DNA from: a virus
Strand: one strand, 5' to 3'
IMG/VR virus record: IMGVR_UViG_3300032291_003679
Coordinates: 64,001 to 128,000 of that record
Length of the DNA: 64,000 nt
The stretch's first letter is position 1; each line of letters starts with the position of its first letter. The position numbers and the translations under genes are program-made. Shown in pieces: positions 29,877-39,070 of this stretch. The notes below the pieces were generated by a model. It was not told where the DNA came from and ran no database searches. It saw only the letters and a list, made by a program, of their open reading frames with translations.

Positions 29877-32800
29877 TTATTTATCTGGATTCTTTGAATT
29901 TTTCTTGTCCACCCAAAGGCTATTGCCGGATTCGACTCTCTCTCTTGCTGTTCTTAACTGCTCGTCGCTAAATATGTCATCAATTGTGTATCTTGTTCCA
30001 AACATCTCATTAAATCTGTTAACCATTGACTGCAGTTCACTACCCGAGAATCGTGGCTCGTTACCCTTACTTGGGGTCCACACCGAACCCCTGTTCTGCG
30101 TGGCCGCTTCTAGGGTGTACGCCAGGTCGGTAGCTTCGATTATTTTGTTGCGATTTTCTCTGGTATTAAGTTTTGGAAAACTCTTGTCGATAAATTCGTA
30201 AAGAGCCTCGTAGACGGCGTATTTTGGCCTCTTCATCTCCGTGTCGAACCTCTCGCCAGTATCAGATTCTTTCCATACCGATTTTGCGTCTGGAAGAACT
30301 CCATTGCGAATCATTTGAGCAATTGTTGCAGTAGGAATTCCTTTTCTTCTCCACGCATCATTGATTCCGATGGAATCCGTTCCAAAGGCTGATGAAAGTC
30401 GCTCCTGTAGACCCTTCTTCCATTCTTTTCTATCAATTCCAAGATAATCAAGAAGCGAATCAAGGTCGAAGTCTTCTATCGCGGTCTTGTCATCTCTGAT
30501 TATTTCCCCAGAATCATCTATAGAGCCTTCTTCTGGCAGAAGCATGTCAAAAGATTCACCATAAAGGTCTATCTCTGCCTCAGAATCTCCTCTTGTTGCA
30601 CTGTCTGGATAAAAACGGCCCGAGGCTCTAAATTTAGATGTTTCACTTACTTCTCCAAGTTGAACATATTCCTCAGGGGTCATTGATTGATTTTCTTCAA
30701 CATCAAACCAATATGGGAACGCATCTTTGCCAAACGTTTCAATAATGAATCTGTCACGCATATTTGCGCGGCCAGCATTTTCAGATGCCAAATCAATTTG
30801 CGAAATGTCTTCTATGATGTCGCCCTCTGGGGACTGCACTACTTTTTTGGCTTCATTTGCAGAAACTGGAGCAAAGTATCTCCACGCTGAAAGCTCTTTC
30901 TGCTTACCGAGTTCAGCAATCAAGAGGCGCACAGCGTCGTGGTTGATTCCAGCATCTGGTTCTCTCATCTTTGCTGCGTTAGCAGGGCTCAACCCAAGCA
31001 TCTTAGAGATTTCATCCCTTGTTGCTGGTCGTGACTGTGTCCACCTGATTGTCGAACCGTCTTCGGTATTAAAATTTTCTCTTGAAGTAAATTCTGTTGG
31101 GATTCTTATCGTGTCAGCAAGCTTGTCAATAGAGAGCATCCACGTTTCGGCCGACGGATTCTCGTTTTTGTTGTTGTCACTAATTTTGCCAATACGCACA
31201 CGTTCTTGACGTGCTTTCATCGCTTTGCCAACGTTCTGCATTGCGCCGCGAGTGCGTGATTGACGCACCGGCACTGAAAGCGAGTCGTCATCTATGTCAA
31301 TCGCTATGCCGCGCTTACGTACGCCGTCCCATGCCTGCATGGCGAACTGAAGTGCTTGTCTGTTTTTGCTGGAGTTTGGGTCTCCGTTTATTCTCAATCC
31401 GGCGAGCTGTTGTGCGCTTAGGCTACCTCCGTAGATATTGCTTCCAGAAATTTTTCTGCTTCTACGTGTCAGGCGTCTGCTTCCATCGGTGGTTGCTCCA
31501 CTAGACAGTGTCATTCCTAGAACGTCGTCGATGTCACCTTCGTCAACTACTTCATCATCGTCGTCACCTTCTGGAAGTACGAAATCGTCTTCTCCAGGTT
31601 TTCCATCTTCACCGAATTCGTAATCTTCTTCATCAATTTCAGTAATGATGCCTTCAACTTCTTCAGAATCACCATCATCATCAACTGGTACAGGAACCAC
31701 AATAACTTCGTCGTCTTTTTCATCAGTAGGACGAGCTGGGAATCCATTTTCCAGTTCTGAAAGCGACATGGCATTAATTGCCTTGTACCAATCTGGAAGA
31801 GGAATCCCGTCCTTATCACCGAAGGCTCCTCTATCAAGCTCTGGTGGGATATGCCCATCTACAACAGCTTGCTTCATTGCATCACGTATTGCTTTTGTTC
31901 GCTCGTCATGCAAGTAATAAAAGAAACCAGCATTGCCTGGGTCTAACATTTCTTTTGCGCGGGAGAATGCAACATGGACTAGGTTTCCCTCTTCCATGAA
32001 GCCAATACCAGCTTCGCCTTGCGCCAAGTTGCTTGGAAGATTCTGGGACGGGTCTCCCATGTCTTCTGCTACTGCGACGAATCGAGACTCACGACCCTTA
32101 GAGAGCTGCATTGTTGTGATTTCAACATCTCCGCCCCCAGTCTTGGCCGCATCGCGCACTGCTTGAGCAATTTGTGCAAGTATCTCAGTGCTTTCTTCTA
32201 GGGTTTCACCTTTAATAACAAAACCGTCATAATGGCGACGCCCAGCCTGTCCTTCAATTCTAAAGCCACGCTCAGCTTCCTGCATTACTTCAATTTTGTC
32301 CTGAAGTCCAAGCTGAATGATTGCTTTTTCAAGGTCCCTGCGGTATCTGCCGTTGTTTGAGCCGCGACCTCCTGGTGGAGTATTTACCTTTTGACTTCCG
32401 TCTGGCCTGTCTATTGGTCGACCGGTGTCCACGCCGTCGCCGGTTATTATTATTCGACCAGTTGCTTTTCCTGGGGATTTGTCACTACCCCCTTCAATTT
32501 CAAGAGCAGCATAAACAGCTTGCTTAAACGTGTCGTCAACGTTGGGAATAATGAAAAGCTTTTCTCTCTGTGTTGATTTAGCTTTCCATGCGGACTTTTG
32601 TCTTCCGGCTATTTCTCTTATTTGGTCAACACCAACATTCCAGTTATCGAGTTCCATCGTCTTGCGTTCTGGAATTAAAACTGCTGGGATTATGTCAATT
32701 TTTTCCTTGCCCTTGGCTTTGCCTTTTTCGTGAACCCCTTTAACGACGGTTCCCTGAAGGAGTTCTAGCATTCCCTTTGTGCCAAGAGCTTTGCCTGTTG

Positions 32801-35800
32801 GGTCATTCTTGGGTGGCTTCATTATCAAGTTATAAGCAGAACGTGCTTGCTGATATCTTGCTTGACTAAGAGCCTTTTGTAGCGCGCCAGTTGTCCAGAC
32901 GTTGCCTAGCCACCCAGATGCCTGTGGTTTACCGAATCGTGCAACATAATCTCGCTGCTGTTGTGGTGTTCGGTTAATAAAATCAAGATGCTTCGTAAAG
33001 GTAACTAGCTGCTCCCACTTGGATGCTGGAATAATTACTTCCGGCAACTTTGGCATGCCGCGTTCGTCTTTCTTAACAGCCCTGCTGTTAATGACGATAT
33101 TAATAAACTTAAGAGCTTCGTTGATTATTTCGGCATTTGTTCTACACAAAATCATCGTCGGCAGATTTCCCTTGTCGGCCTCTTCGTATCTGTCGACTAT
33201 TCTTCCTTCCTTTGGCGCGTAAAGTTTATCTCTTAATTCCTTAAGGGCTTTATCTTGCTCTCTTCTGCTTAGGGATGAAATATTTAGCTTCTCCGTGGGG
33301 GAAGAATATTTTTTCTCAATTTTAGCAATCAGGAGCTCTCGGGTTGCATCATCAAGTTCTTCAACAGGGAAATTTCCGCGTCTGTCTTCTTTTGGTAACA
33401 ATGGGTCAAACTGTCTATTAATGACCGTTTGTGCCTGACCCTTAACATGCTTCCATGCAACTGGTTGTGGAACCCCTTGCTTCGTTAGATGCAGGTTCTG
33501 TCCACCCAAAACAAGGTTTGTCGCATGACCGATAACTCCGCCGTATCTAAATGACTCAGTAATGCTCTGCGCATACTCCGGCTGTAGTGACTCAAGAATA
33601 TTTTTTGAATCACGGAATGCGTAAACTGCTTGCCTGTCGTCGCCAACAATTATAATTGGAAGTTTATCCCTATTTCTATCAAGGACAGTTTCCAGAACTT
33701 CGTTAGTATCTTGCGATTCGTCAACCATAAAGGCACCGAGAGGATTCTCTGGTGTCGCTACTTTTTTGCGTAAAGTTGCTCTGGACGTTTTCCCGGCCTT
33801 GTCCGAAATCGTCGTAACAATCCACTCTTCTCCATCGGCAACATACGTATCGCCTTCACTAAGAGATGACGGAATGGCGACTTTTGCTCTTGTCTGATTG
33901 CTTGAATGGGTAATTAAGCCTGGGTCTGTTCTTAGGTCTGGGTCCGTCAGCATCCAAAGTTTTGCTATTAGTTCCATTGATGGCATAACGTTAGAGTCAC
34001 CATCTGAAATTTGGTCAACTATCGACTGGACCGAATCAATCCATAGCTTTGGAATTGCGCTTTCCGGCAAAATGCTATCTACTCCGCCGGGCTTTTTCCC
34101 ATGGCCGCGCGGCGTATCTAAGTCTTCTATGGCCTTTTTGGGCTGCATAAAATGTTGGGCAGTAACTTTTTCTTCTTTCGAAAGCCCCCATCTTCTGAGG
34201 GCGTTGGCAAGAAGGTCACCCATTTCAGAAAACTCTACGAACTCACCGTTTGGAAGTTCGAATCCATCAACTTCTACTTCAACTTTTGTTTTTTTGCCTT
34301 TTTCATTAAGGACTGGCTTGCCTGTCGTGTCTACGACAGTTACCATCTTTTTTTTCTTTTTTTGGTTTGGCCACTTGTTTATTTCAAGATGTTTTACAAA
34401 ATCTTCACCCGACTCAAGCACTACCCATCCCAATGCCTCTAGGCCTGGGTCTTCGCCTACAAATGTTTCTATTGTTCCATCAAAAGTTTCCCTGACAAAG
34501 TTTTTACCAATCATCTTTTCGACGTCTGGTGTTTCTTCTTCGCTTTTCCACTTCGGATTACGTCGCATGGACTTTTTGCTATCGCGGGATTTGTTTAGCA
34601 TTACCAGCTTCCGGCGCATACCTTTTCCATACCTGGCGTCACCTTGGCCAAGGCGTAGCGACCACTGCCACAATTTGTCCGTTGTTGCAATACCAGTGTT
34701 TTTGGGGAATTCAACTTCAGCTTCTAATTGGTTTTTAGTGTTAAACACCGTGTAGAAAATGTTGCCAGTTTTATTAGCTTTTGCTAAGTCTGCTACCGTT
34801 TCTTCAATCTTGTCTGCTGGTATTTTGCTGAAATCAACACCGTAAGTATCTGACAGATACGCTAATTGTTCAGCCCTGCGGACATCGCCTTCTGGCCAGA
34901 GTTCAAACTCTCTCTGAAGGGCCCACGCAATGCTCTTTAGTGTTGTTGTTTTGCCCGTTCCTGCACCAGCAAGAACGCTGAAAACTGCTGGATTTCTTTT
35001 ATGTATAAGCGACATTGCTACAGCTATGATGTCACGCTGTTCGTTAGTTGGTTCGTCCTTAAGGGCGAACGCAAGCCCAAGAGAGACTTTCTCGTCTATC
35101 CGTTCAATGTCTGCGACACCTTTTTGTTTGCCCTTTGGTGTTCCACTAATCGGGCCATCTTGTTTGCCGCTAGCTAACGCACCAGACGGAGTTATAACAA
35201 CGCCGTCCTTGTTTTTGGCTGGGAGCCCTTCGAGTGACCGAGCGAGTTCTCTTTCGGAAGGGCTTGATGGAACAAAATCGTCAAAAGCTTCGGAGTCAAG
35301 AAGGTCTTCTAGCGGTCCTACTATTGTCGTTGTCGGTTTGATTGGTTCAATGTCTTCGTATCCTGCAAGCATTGGCACTTCATACCATGAGTCCTCTTTG
35401 CCCTTGCGCTCATCGTCAGGGATGCCGGCAAGACGACGCATTGTTGCCGAACGGTTAAGCAAGTAGTCGTTTGCTTGCTGAGCCTGAACGATTGCTCTAT
35501 GAATTGCGAGAGGGTCTGAACGTAGCTTCTTTAGCCAGCTATTTAGGTACAAAAGATGGTCTTCGCGTACTGTTGGCTCCAGACCCATTGACCCCATTGC
35601 GAATGCTGAACCTATTTCTGCAATCAATTCTTCGAATGCGTACTGGTCATCGCCGAATTCACGGCCCAGAGTTCTGTTTAGTCTTGTTGGGTGAGATGTC
35701 CAGTGAATTGTCTCATGCATTGCCGTCCCATAGAATGCGAGGGCATTCTCAAACTGTTCAAATGCTGGCATGTGAATCTTGTCAGTGGATGGACGATAAA

Positions 35801-38800
35801 AGGCTTGCTGGCCTTTTGATTCGACAAATGCTGGACCTATTTCTTGGATTACGTTTTCAATATCCTGCAACCGCTGCTCTTGGTTGATGTCAGTATCTTC
35901 AACTTCGTAATACTTGTTAGGAAGATTAGAAACATCATCAACGTTGTATACGGTTTGAACAACGTAATAGCGACCCATCTGGATTGCTTGTCCATCAGCG
36001 TTTATTACAGTTCTGCCATCACGTGGCACAAGAATAGAAACGCCGCGAGCACTAGCTCCAGGCTTTAATTTTCCGCCTAGTTTTTCCCATTGCGTTCTGC
36101 CTGCCCATCTGTTTGTTTTGTAGCCGCGACTTTGCGCAGTAAGCAAAAGGGCTAGCTGATTCATGCCCTGGTAAACACGATTTTTAGTTGGGTTACGCGC
36201 AAAGATTTCCGGGTTGCGCCACGGCATCTTCCATTGTTTTGTTTTGTCAGGGTTATCAATTAAGTCTTGCAGGACTTCGATAATCTCCTCGGCCATTCTC
36301 TTGTACATTTCCGCAAGGATTGGAGAGTCTTCTGGTATTTCTGCTTTATCTGGAAGTTTTCCGGATGAAAGTGCAGCACTAATTGGGCCGTCAAATTTTC
36401 TTATCTCGTTGTTGGTTCTCTTGTTTTTTGACTTATTTAGATATTTTGCGTAACCGCTAGAAAGCTTTTGCTCAGGGTCGTCTGGTATTGCTACGAACTC
36501 TGGCTTTCGGCCGCGGGCAAGTTCGAGGTTCTCTCTATCCTGGTCTTGCTGCATGATGGACGTGACAAGGTCCCTATCAGGAGGGATGCGAACGAACCCT
36601 GGCTTTCGGCCGCGGGCAAGCGGAGTGCTTCTGTCGATGACTTCTGGCTTCTCGTCTGGTATCTCTACAAATTCTGGCTTTCGGCCTTGGGAAAGACGCG
36701 TATTTCTATCGAGAACCTGTGGTTGCTTCGGCTTTTTCTTAGGCTTATCTGCCTCCGCTATTTCGTCTTCAGCCATCTTCTCGACACGATTCATATACTT
36801 GTCAAGGTCAGCAATAGCCTTCTTTAGCTTCTTTATCTGGTCAGCGTCAGTAGCGCCGTCCAGCACTCCCTGTAGTTCGTCTCTTTGAGATTCTGCGGCA
36901 CCGTATTTTTCGGCTGAATCAACATCTGGGTCGTCTATTCGCGGAAGGTCTAGCGGGATTTTCCCTGAAGATAGACGCTCGGTCCGAGCAATAGTTTCTG
37001 ATTCTGGCTTAGAAAGCTGACGGGGTGACGGCTTTGGGTTACGAATTGAGCCAGGACCATCTGGAGTTGGGTCCGGAGTAGCAAGTGGGACGCCACGAAG
37101 GAATAGACCTTCACCGACGACTCCGTTGAGGTTTGCGTCACGAGCTGTGAATGGGTCAAAGTCTTCTGCCCCGATTGAGGTAAAGAACCTTCCACGTGAA
37201 CGACCGCCTCCAATGTTAGGACGGTCGATTAGGCGACTGCCGATAGCGCGTCCGAGGCGGTAACCAGCCGCCTTCCACTCTATGTCATTCTCACCTAGAG
37301 ATTTTTTTTTTAGATTATCAACAGCCGTATCGATGGCTTCAATCAGCTCAAAGCTGACACCAGAGGTGATGACGATGCCGTTGACATCCACAAAGGAGTC
37401 GACATTGTGATAGTCAAAGATTGGGTCTAGAGCTTGTTTTACTTGAAAGGCAAACTGAGGCACCACTGGAAGCAAGTATGGCTTCTGGTCGAAATTGTCA
37501 TCTTTTGTTGAGCCAAACTCGCTGAGAAGCTTAAACTTACGACGCTTCTTGCGGCGTCTCCCAACAACTCCACGGAGTGCTGCAACTGCAAGTTCTCCTG
37601 GATACTTTACTTCCAGGTCAGCAATGTAGTCCTCTTCGTTGAATTCTTCGTCAAGTTCATAAGTCTTCTTAGATGCTGTGTCGCCGGTGACTACTCCCTT
37701 GGGAATTACGGCAAATCTGCACTTGCCTTCTGGCTCGACATCCATGGCGATTATCTTGCAAGAATTTCCACCTTGGTAGAAGACGCAGTTTGCGCACTTA
37801 ACGCCAATTGCAGCAACTGGGTTTTCAGCTGCAGGCTTATAGCCAGCCCAAACGCCGTCAGAATCCTCGTTGAAACGACCGTGGCGCTTAACAATCTTAA
37901 GAAGAGCATCTCTTAAGTCTGTTTCTTCTTGGTCGAGATTGTTTTTGTCAAACTCTGGCTGATTTCTTTCATCATCCATGTCTTCGTATTGGACGGGGGG
38001 CAGAGGAACCATACGGTTGCCGTTTTCTCCAGGCTTAATAGCAATTGGCATCGCCGGCATTTGTGATGGGCGAATCACTCTTTGTGGCTCATTTGCAGGG
38101 ACACCAGGTGCCAGCATTGGCATATTCTGCATTGGCGCAACTGGCTTGCGTGCTGGCATCACCACAATCTGCTGTGGTGGACCAAACATGTAGCGTCCGC
38201 GGTTCCCACTAAATCCGCACTTGTAGCGACCGACTTCACCATTGTCCATTCTGCGGGCAAATGTAATTTCGTCGTCGTTTACGTCCATCAGTGAAACTTT
38301 TGCACCAAGGATTGTAGCTAGTTGCTTTTCTATTTCAGCCTTGTCGATGGCGTCTTCGTCGTCTTCCATCATCGCCATCATGACGCCACTGGCGTTGTCG
38401 TCAGACTTAACTGAAATTGTTCCAGTAAGTTGATTTGCTCCATGTAAAACGGGCGAGACCTCGTAAAGTTCAAGTTCGTAAATAACGTTTGCTTGAGACT
38501 TTTGGTCAAACTGGGCCCGAAGGGTCTTGTATCCGATTGACCATTCCTGCTCTTCTCCAAAGAAAGCAACCATGGCAAAAGCTTCCCGACCTTTTTCTGA
38601 ATTAAGGTTGAATTGCACACGGGCGAACAGGCCACCAATGCCAGCCATTTTCATCTTAAGTGGCAAGCGATTGTCCGTATTTGGAACTTCGTAAATCTCT
38701 AGAACTTTACCGATTGGGTCATTCCAGCTATGTCCCCAGACAACTCGTGGCTTACGGCGTTGGAGGCTCTTGGCGAATGCTCCACTTGCAACAATGTCAC

Positions 38801-38939
38801 CAACGGAGTCTTTGTTACCAATACCAGCAACGAAACACTCAACTATGCCCTGAGCCTCATCAAGGTTGATGTTTCCGCCCTTCGAAGAGAGCGAGTTACC
38901 AAGCGAAGTTGACTTGTATTCGAATAGTTCAGATGGCAT
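29877..38939 (-). CDS. 3020-aa fusion: HK97-type prohead protease, scaffold/HiPIP-like region, leader, ArdC-like (ssDNA-binding + metallopeptidase), UvrD/SF1 helicase, unknown C-terminal module
   Basis: Protease GNKDSVGD...VVWGH..NDPIGK...EWSIGY...LYEVSPVLHGAN; ArdC WKMPW...YQGMNQ...HETIHWTSH..RLNR...YAFEELIAEIGS; helicase AGAGTGKTT, DESQD, VGDDRQAVYAFR, SFRYG, LCRTN, SKGRE, VAFSRAK. Confidence 0.9.
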   Translation of the reverse strand: MPSELFEYKSTSLGNSLSSKGGNINLDEAQGIVECFVAGIGNKDSVGDIVASGAFAKSLQRRKPRVVWGHSWNDPIGKVLEIYEVPNTDNRLPLKMKMAGIGGLFARVQFNLNSEKGREAFAMVAFFGEEQEWSIGYKTLRAQFDQKSQANVIYELELYEVSPVLHGANQLTGTISVKSDDNASGVMMAMMEDDEDAIDKAEIEKQLATILGAKVSLMDVNDDEITFARRMDNGEVGRYKCGFSGNRGRYMFGPPQQIVVMPARKPVAPMQNMPMLAPGVPANEPQRVIRPSQMPAMPIAIKPGENGNRMVPLPPVQYEDMDDERNQPEFDKNNLDQEETDLRDALLKIVKRHGRFNEDSDGVWAGYKPAAENPVAAIGVKCANCVFYQGGNSCKIIAMDVEPEGKCRFAVIPKGVVTGDTASKKTYELDEEFNEEDYIADLEVKYPGELAVAALRGVVGRRRKKRRKFKLLSEFGSTKDDNFDQKPYLLPVVPQFAFQVKQALDPIFDYHNVDSFVDVNGIVITSGVSFELIEAIDTAVDNLKKKSLGENDIEWKAAGYRLGRAIGSRLIDRPNIGGGRSRGRFFTSIGAEDFDPFTARDANLNGVVGEGLFLRGVPLATPDPTPDGPGSIRNPKPSPRQLSKPESETIARTERLSSGKIPLDLPRIDDPDVDSAEKYGAAESQRDELQGVLDGATDADQIKKLKKAIADLDKYMNRVEKMAEDEIAEADKPKKKPKQPQVLDRNTRLSQGRKPEFVEIPDEKPEVIDRSTPLARGRKPGFVRIPPDRDLVTSIMQQDQDRENLELARGRKPEFVAIPDDPEQKLSSGYAKYLNKSKNKRTNNEIRKFDGPISAALSSGKLPDKAEIPEDSPILAEMYKRMAEEIIEVLQDLIDNPDKTKQWKMPWRNPEIFARNPTKNRVYQGMNQLALLLTAQSRGYKTNRWAGRTQWEKLGGKLKPGASARGVSILVPRDGRTVINADGQAIQMGRYYVVQTVYNVDDVSNLPNKYYEVEDTDINQEQRLQDIENVIQEIGPAFVESKGQQAFYRPSTDKIHMPAFEQFENALAFYGTAMHETIHWTSHPTRLNRTLGREFGDDQYAFEELIAEIGSAFAMGSMGLEPTVREDHLLYLNSWLKKLRSDPLAIHRAIVQAQQANDYLLNRSATMRRLAGIPDDERKGKEDSWYEVPMLAGYEDIEPIKPTTTIVGPLEDLLDSEAFDDFVPSSPSERELARSLEGLPAKNKDGVVITPSGALASGKQDGPISGTPKGKQKGVADIERIDEKVSLGLAFALKDEPTNEQRDIIAVAMSLIHKRNPAVFSVLAGAGTGKTTTLKSIAWALQREFELWPEGDVRRAEQLAYLSDTYGVDFSKIPADKIEETVADLAKANKTGNIFYTVFNTKNQLEAEVEFPKNTGIATTDKLWQWSLRLGQGDARYGKGMRRKLVMLNKSRDSKKSMRRNPKWKSEEETPDVEKMIGKNFVRETFDGTIETFVGEDPGLEALGWVVLESGEDFVKHLEINKWPNQKKKKKMVTVVDTTGKPVLNEKGKKTKVEVEVDGFELPNGEFVEFSEMGDLLANALRRWGLSKEEKVTAQHFMQPKKAIEDLDTPRGHGKKPGGVDSILPESAIPKLWIDSVQSIVDQISDGDSNVMPSMELIAKLWMLTDPDLRTDPGLITHSSNQTRAKVAIPSSLSEGDTYVADGEEWIVTTISDKAGKTSRATLRKKVATPENPLGAFMVDESQDTNEVLETVLDRNRDKLPIIIVGDDRQAVYAFRDSKNILESLQPEYAQSITESFRYGGVIGHATNLVLGGQNLHLTKQGVPQPVAWKHVKGQAQTVINRQFDPLLPKEDRRGNFPVEELDDATRELLIAKIEKKYSSPTEKLNISSLSRREQDKALKELRDKLYAPKEGRIVDRYEEADKGNLPTMILCRTNAEIINEALKFINIVINSRAVKKDERGMPKLPEVIIPASKWEQLVTFTKHLDFINRTPQQQRDYVARFGKPQASGWLGNVWTTGALQKALSQARYQQARSAYNLIMKPPKNDPTGKALGTKGMLELLQGTVVKGVHEKGKAKGKEKIDIIPAVLIPERKTMELDNWNVGVDQIREIAGRQKSAWKAKSTQREKLFIIPNVDDTFKQAVYAALEIEGGSDKSPGKATGRIIITGDGVDTGRPIDRPDGSQKVNTPPGGRGSNNGRYRRDLEKAIIQLGLQDKIEVMQEAERGFRIEGQAGRRHYDGFVIKGETLEESTEILAQIAQAVRDAAKTGGGDVEITTMQLSKGRESRFVAVAEDMGDPSQNLPSNLAQGEAGIGFMEEGNLVHVAFSRAKEMLDPGNAGFFYYLHDERTKAIRDAMKQAVVDGHIPPELDRGAFGDKDGIPLPDWYKAINAMSLSELENGFPARPTDEKDDEVIVVPVPVDDDGDSEEVEGIITEIDEEDYEFGEDGKPGEDDFVLPEGDDDDEVVDEGDIDDVLGMTLSSGATTDGSRRLTRRSRKISGSNIYGGSLSAQQLAGLRINGDPNSSKNRQALQFAMQAWDGVRKRGIAIDIDDDSLSVPVRQSRTRGAMQNVGKAMKARQERVRIGKISDNNKNENPSAETWMLSIDKLADTIRIPTEFTSRENFNTEDGSTIRWTQSRPATRDEISKMLGLSPANAAKMREPDAGINHDAVRLLIAELGKQKELSAWRYFAPVSANEAKKVVQSPEGDIIEDISQIDLASENAGRANMRDRFIIETFGKDAFPYWFDVEENQSMTPEEYVQLGEVSETSKFRASGRFYPDSATRGDSEAEIDLYGESFDMLLPEEGSIDDSGEIIRDDKTAIEDFDLDSLLDYLGIDRKEWKKGLQERLSSAFGTDSIGINDAWRRKGIPTATIAQMIRNGVLPDAKSVWKESDTGERFDTEMKRPKYAVYEALYEFIDKSFPKLNTRENRNKIIEATDLAYTLEAATQNRGSVWTPSKGNEPRFSGSELQSMVNRFNEMFGTRYTIDDIFSDEQLRTARERVESGNSLWVDKKNSKNPDK
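36480..36720 (-). repeat. Three tandem peptide repeats L(SQ/AR)GRKP(E/G)FVxIP inside the 3020-aa protein
   Basis: The 21-nt string TGGCTTTCGGCCGCGGGCAAG occurs at both 36501-36521 and 36600-36620, with a third degenerate copy near 36675-36695. Confidence 0.85.
37302..37311 (-). promoter_or_regulatory. A10 slippery run (candidate programmed frameshift or transcriptional slippage site)
   Basis: CTA AAA AAA AAA TCT CTA GGT GAG; both alternative frames stop within 4 codons. Confidence 0.5.
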
Positions 38940-38971
38940 GCAATAGACCCTTCAAGTTGTGTCTATTGAAG

Positions 38972-39007
38972 ATAATAAGCGATTGGGAAGTCTGTTTGGT
39001 GTAACTA
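38972..39007 (-). promoter_or_regulatory. Putative late promoter TAGTTACAC-N21-TATTAT upstream of the protease polyprotein
   Basis: Shared motif and spacing with other structural-gene leaders. Confidence 0.45.
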
Positions 39008-39070
39008 TTACTTAAGATTTCAGTATAAAGAAACTATTCTATTGTTGGCGTTAATTTACTGAAACTGCAC

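Noticed and set aside
647-36974. LSSG sites as DNA-level recombination or insertion sites
   Set aside because: The underlying 12-mers differ widely (CTTTCTTCTGGG, CTATCTAGTGGC, CTGAGCAGTGGT, CTTTCGAGCGGA), so the constraint is on the peptide.
21000-38939. Inteins as the explanation for the giant proteins
   Set aside because: I saw no Hint-domain start or HN-[CST] terminus, nor LAGLIDADG motifs, at module junctions; a divergent autoprotease cannot be excluded without an HMM search.
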